Source of the DNA: Heteronotia binoei | Lineage: Eukaryota | NCBI RefSeq assembly: GCF_032191835.1 | Contig: NC_083223.1 | Span: forward strand, 72,044,001 to 72,108,000 | Direction of reading: 5' to 3' | DNA length: 64,000 nt | Shown here: piece by piece, positions 63,376 through 64,000 of the stretch | Layout: every line of letters begins with the position of its first letter | Position numbering within the stretch: position 1 is the stretch's first letter | Position numbers and translations under genes: made by a program | Notes under the pieces: generated by a model | Told to the model about the DNA's origin: nothing | The model's database searches: none | What the model saw: the letters and a program-made list of their open reading frames with translations, nothing else

Positions 63376-64000
63376 GGAGCCCCAGAAGAATGCAGACAAA
63401 ATATAGCACCTACCTTTTTAAAATGAGATGGGAAGGAGGATTGGCGTTTAATAAACCAGACAAATAATCCTTTTCAATATACAATGATATTAAACTTTCA
63501 GTTAGGCTTTTCTTACATACTGTTTTAGAAAGAAAGTACTCTCAGAGAAGCTACTGTTATTCCAAATGTTCTGTTCTTGATTACATTTTAATTTTGCATA
63601 ATTTTATCTGTACTTCCTGAATTTCCCTTTGACCCTGTTTATAATTTTTTCTTCTTCATAACTTCATGTACATAAAAATGTACAGATGTACATTTTTATA
63701 AACATGCTGCTAAAATGGGTTCAGAGTTTACAAAAGTTTGTTAGAATAACAAATGTGAATCTTCAAGGTTAAAGGCCATGAGACTCCTGCCTCTTTTTCA
63801 AATTACAGAATGGTTACATAATTTGTTGGACCATCCAGTGCAAAGGACAGTAACAAATAGACTCTTGTAAATTTAACAGAAAATTAACTATGTTCTGCAG
63901 CAATCCATGCTAGCTTGATGATGGACTGGAAAATACACTCCTCTTTCCAACTTCAAAAAATAAGAAACTTGGGGGGGGGGGAGCGCAAATACTCAGGATA

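Noticed and set aside
63194-63467. Four ORFs in the supplied track
   Set aside because: Artefacts of translating through the N gap.

Overview
Eukaryotic, AT-rich, repeat-dense vertebrate DNA. It is most likely squamate (gecko-like), inferred from Sauria-SINE-like, Squam3-like and L2/CR1/L1/RTE content. There is no prokaryotic gene structure and no CRISPR array. The dominant feature is a full-length but disabled L1-clade LINE (23537-30632) with a 15-bp TSD. It sits inside the 3' end of an old L2 and is itself split by a young, CpG-rich, ORF-intact L2 ending in a (GATA)n tail. A 3.2-kb hAT-type element (56503-59744, 8-bp TSD) encloses a minus-strand, apparently RT-less L1-derived (HAL1-like) element with three ~370-bp tandem units. 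Many hAT MITEs carry verifiable 8-bp TSDs, some nested or composite. SINEs of tRNA, Sauria and 5S type and decayed LINE fragments are scattered throughout. Short repeats carry decayed hammerhead-ribozyme-like cores. Between repeats I found by hand a phase-consistent chain of small GT-AG exons on the minus strand (55023 down to 36038, with possible distal exons at 15.8 kb and 1.4 kb) and two plus-strand terminal exons (1821-2802). I could not identify either protein, so these are predictions only. One 144-N assembly gap lies at 63232-63375.
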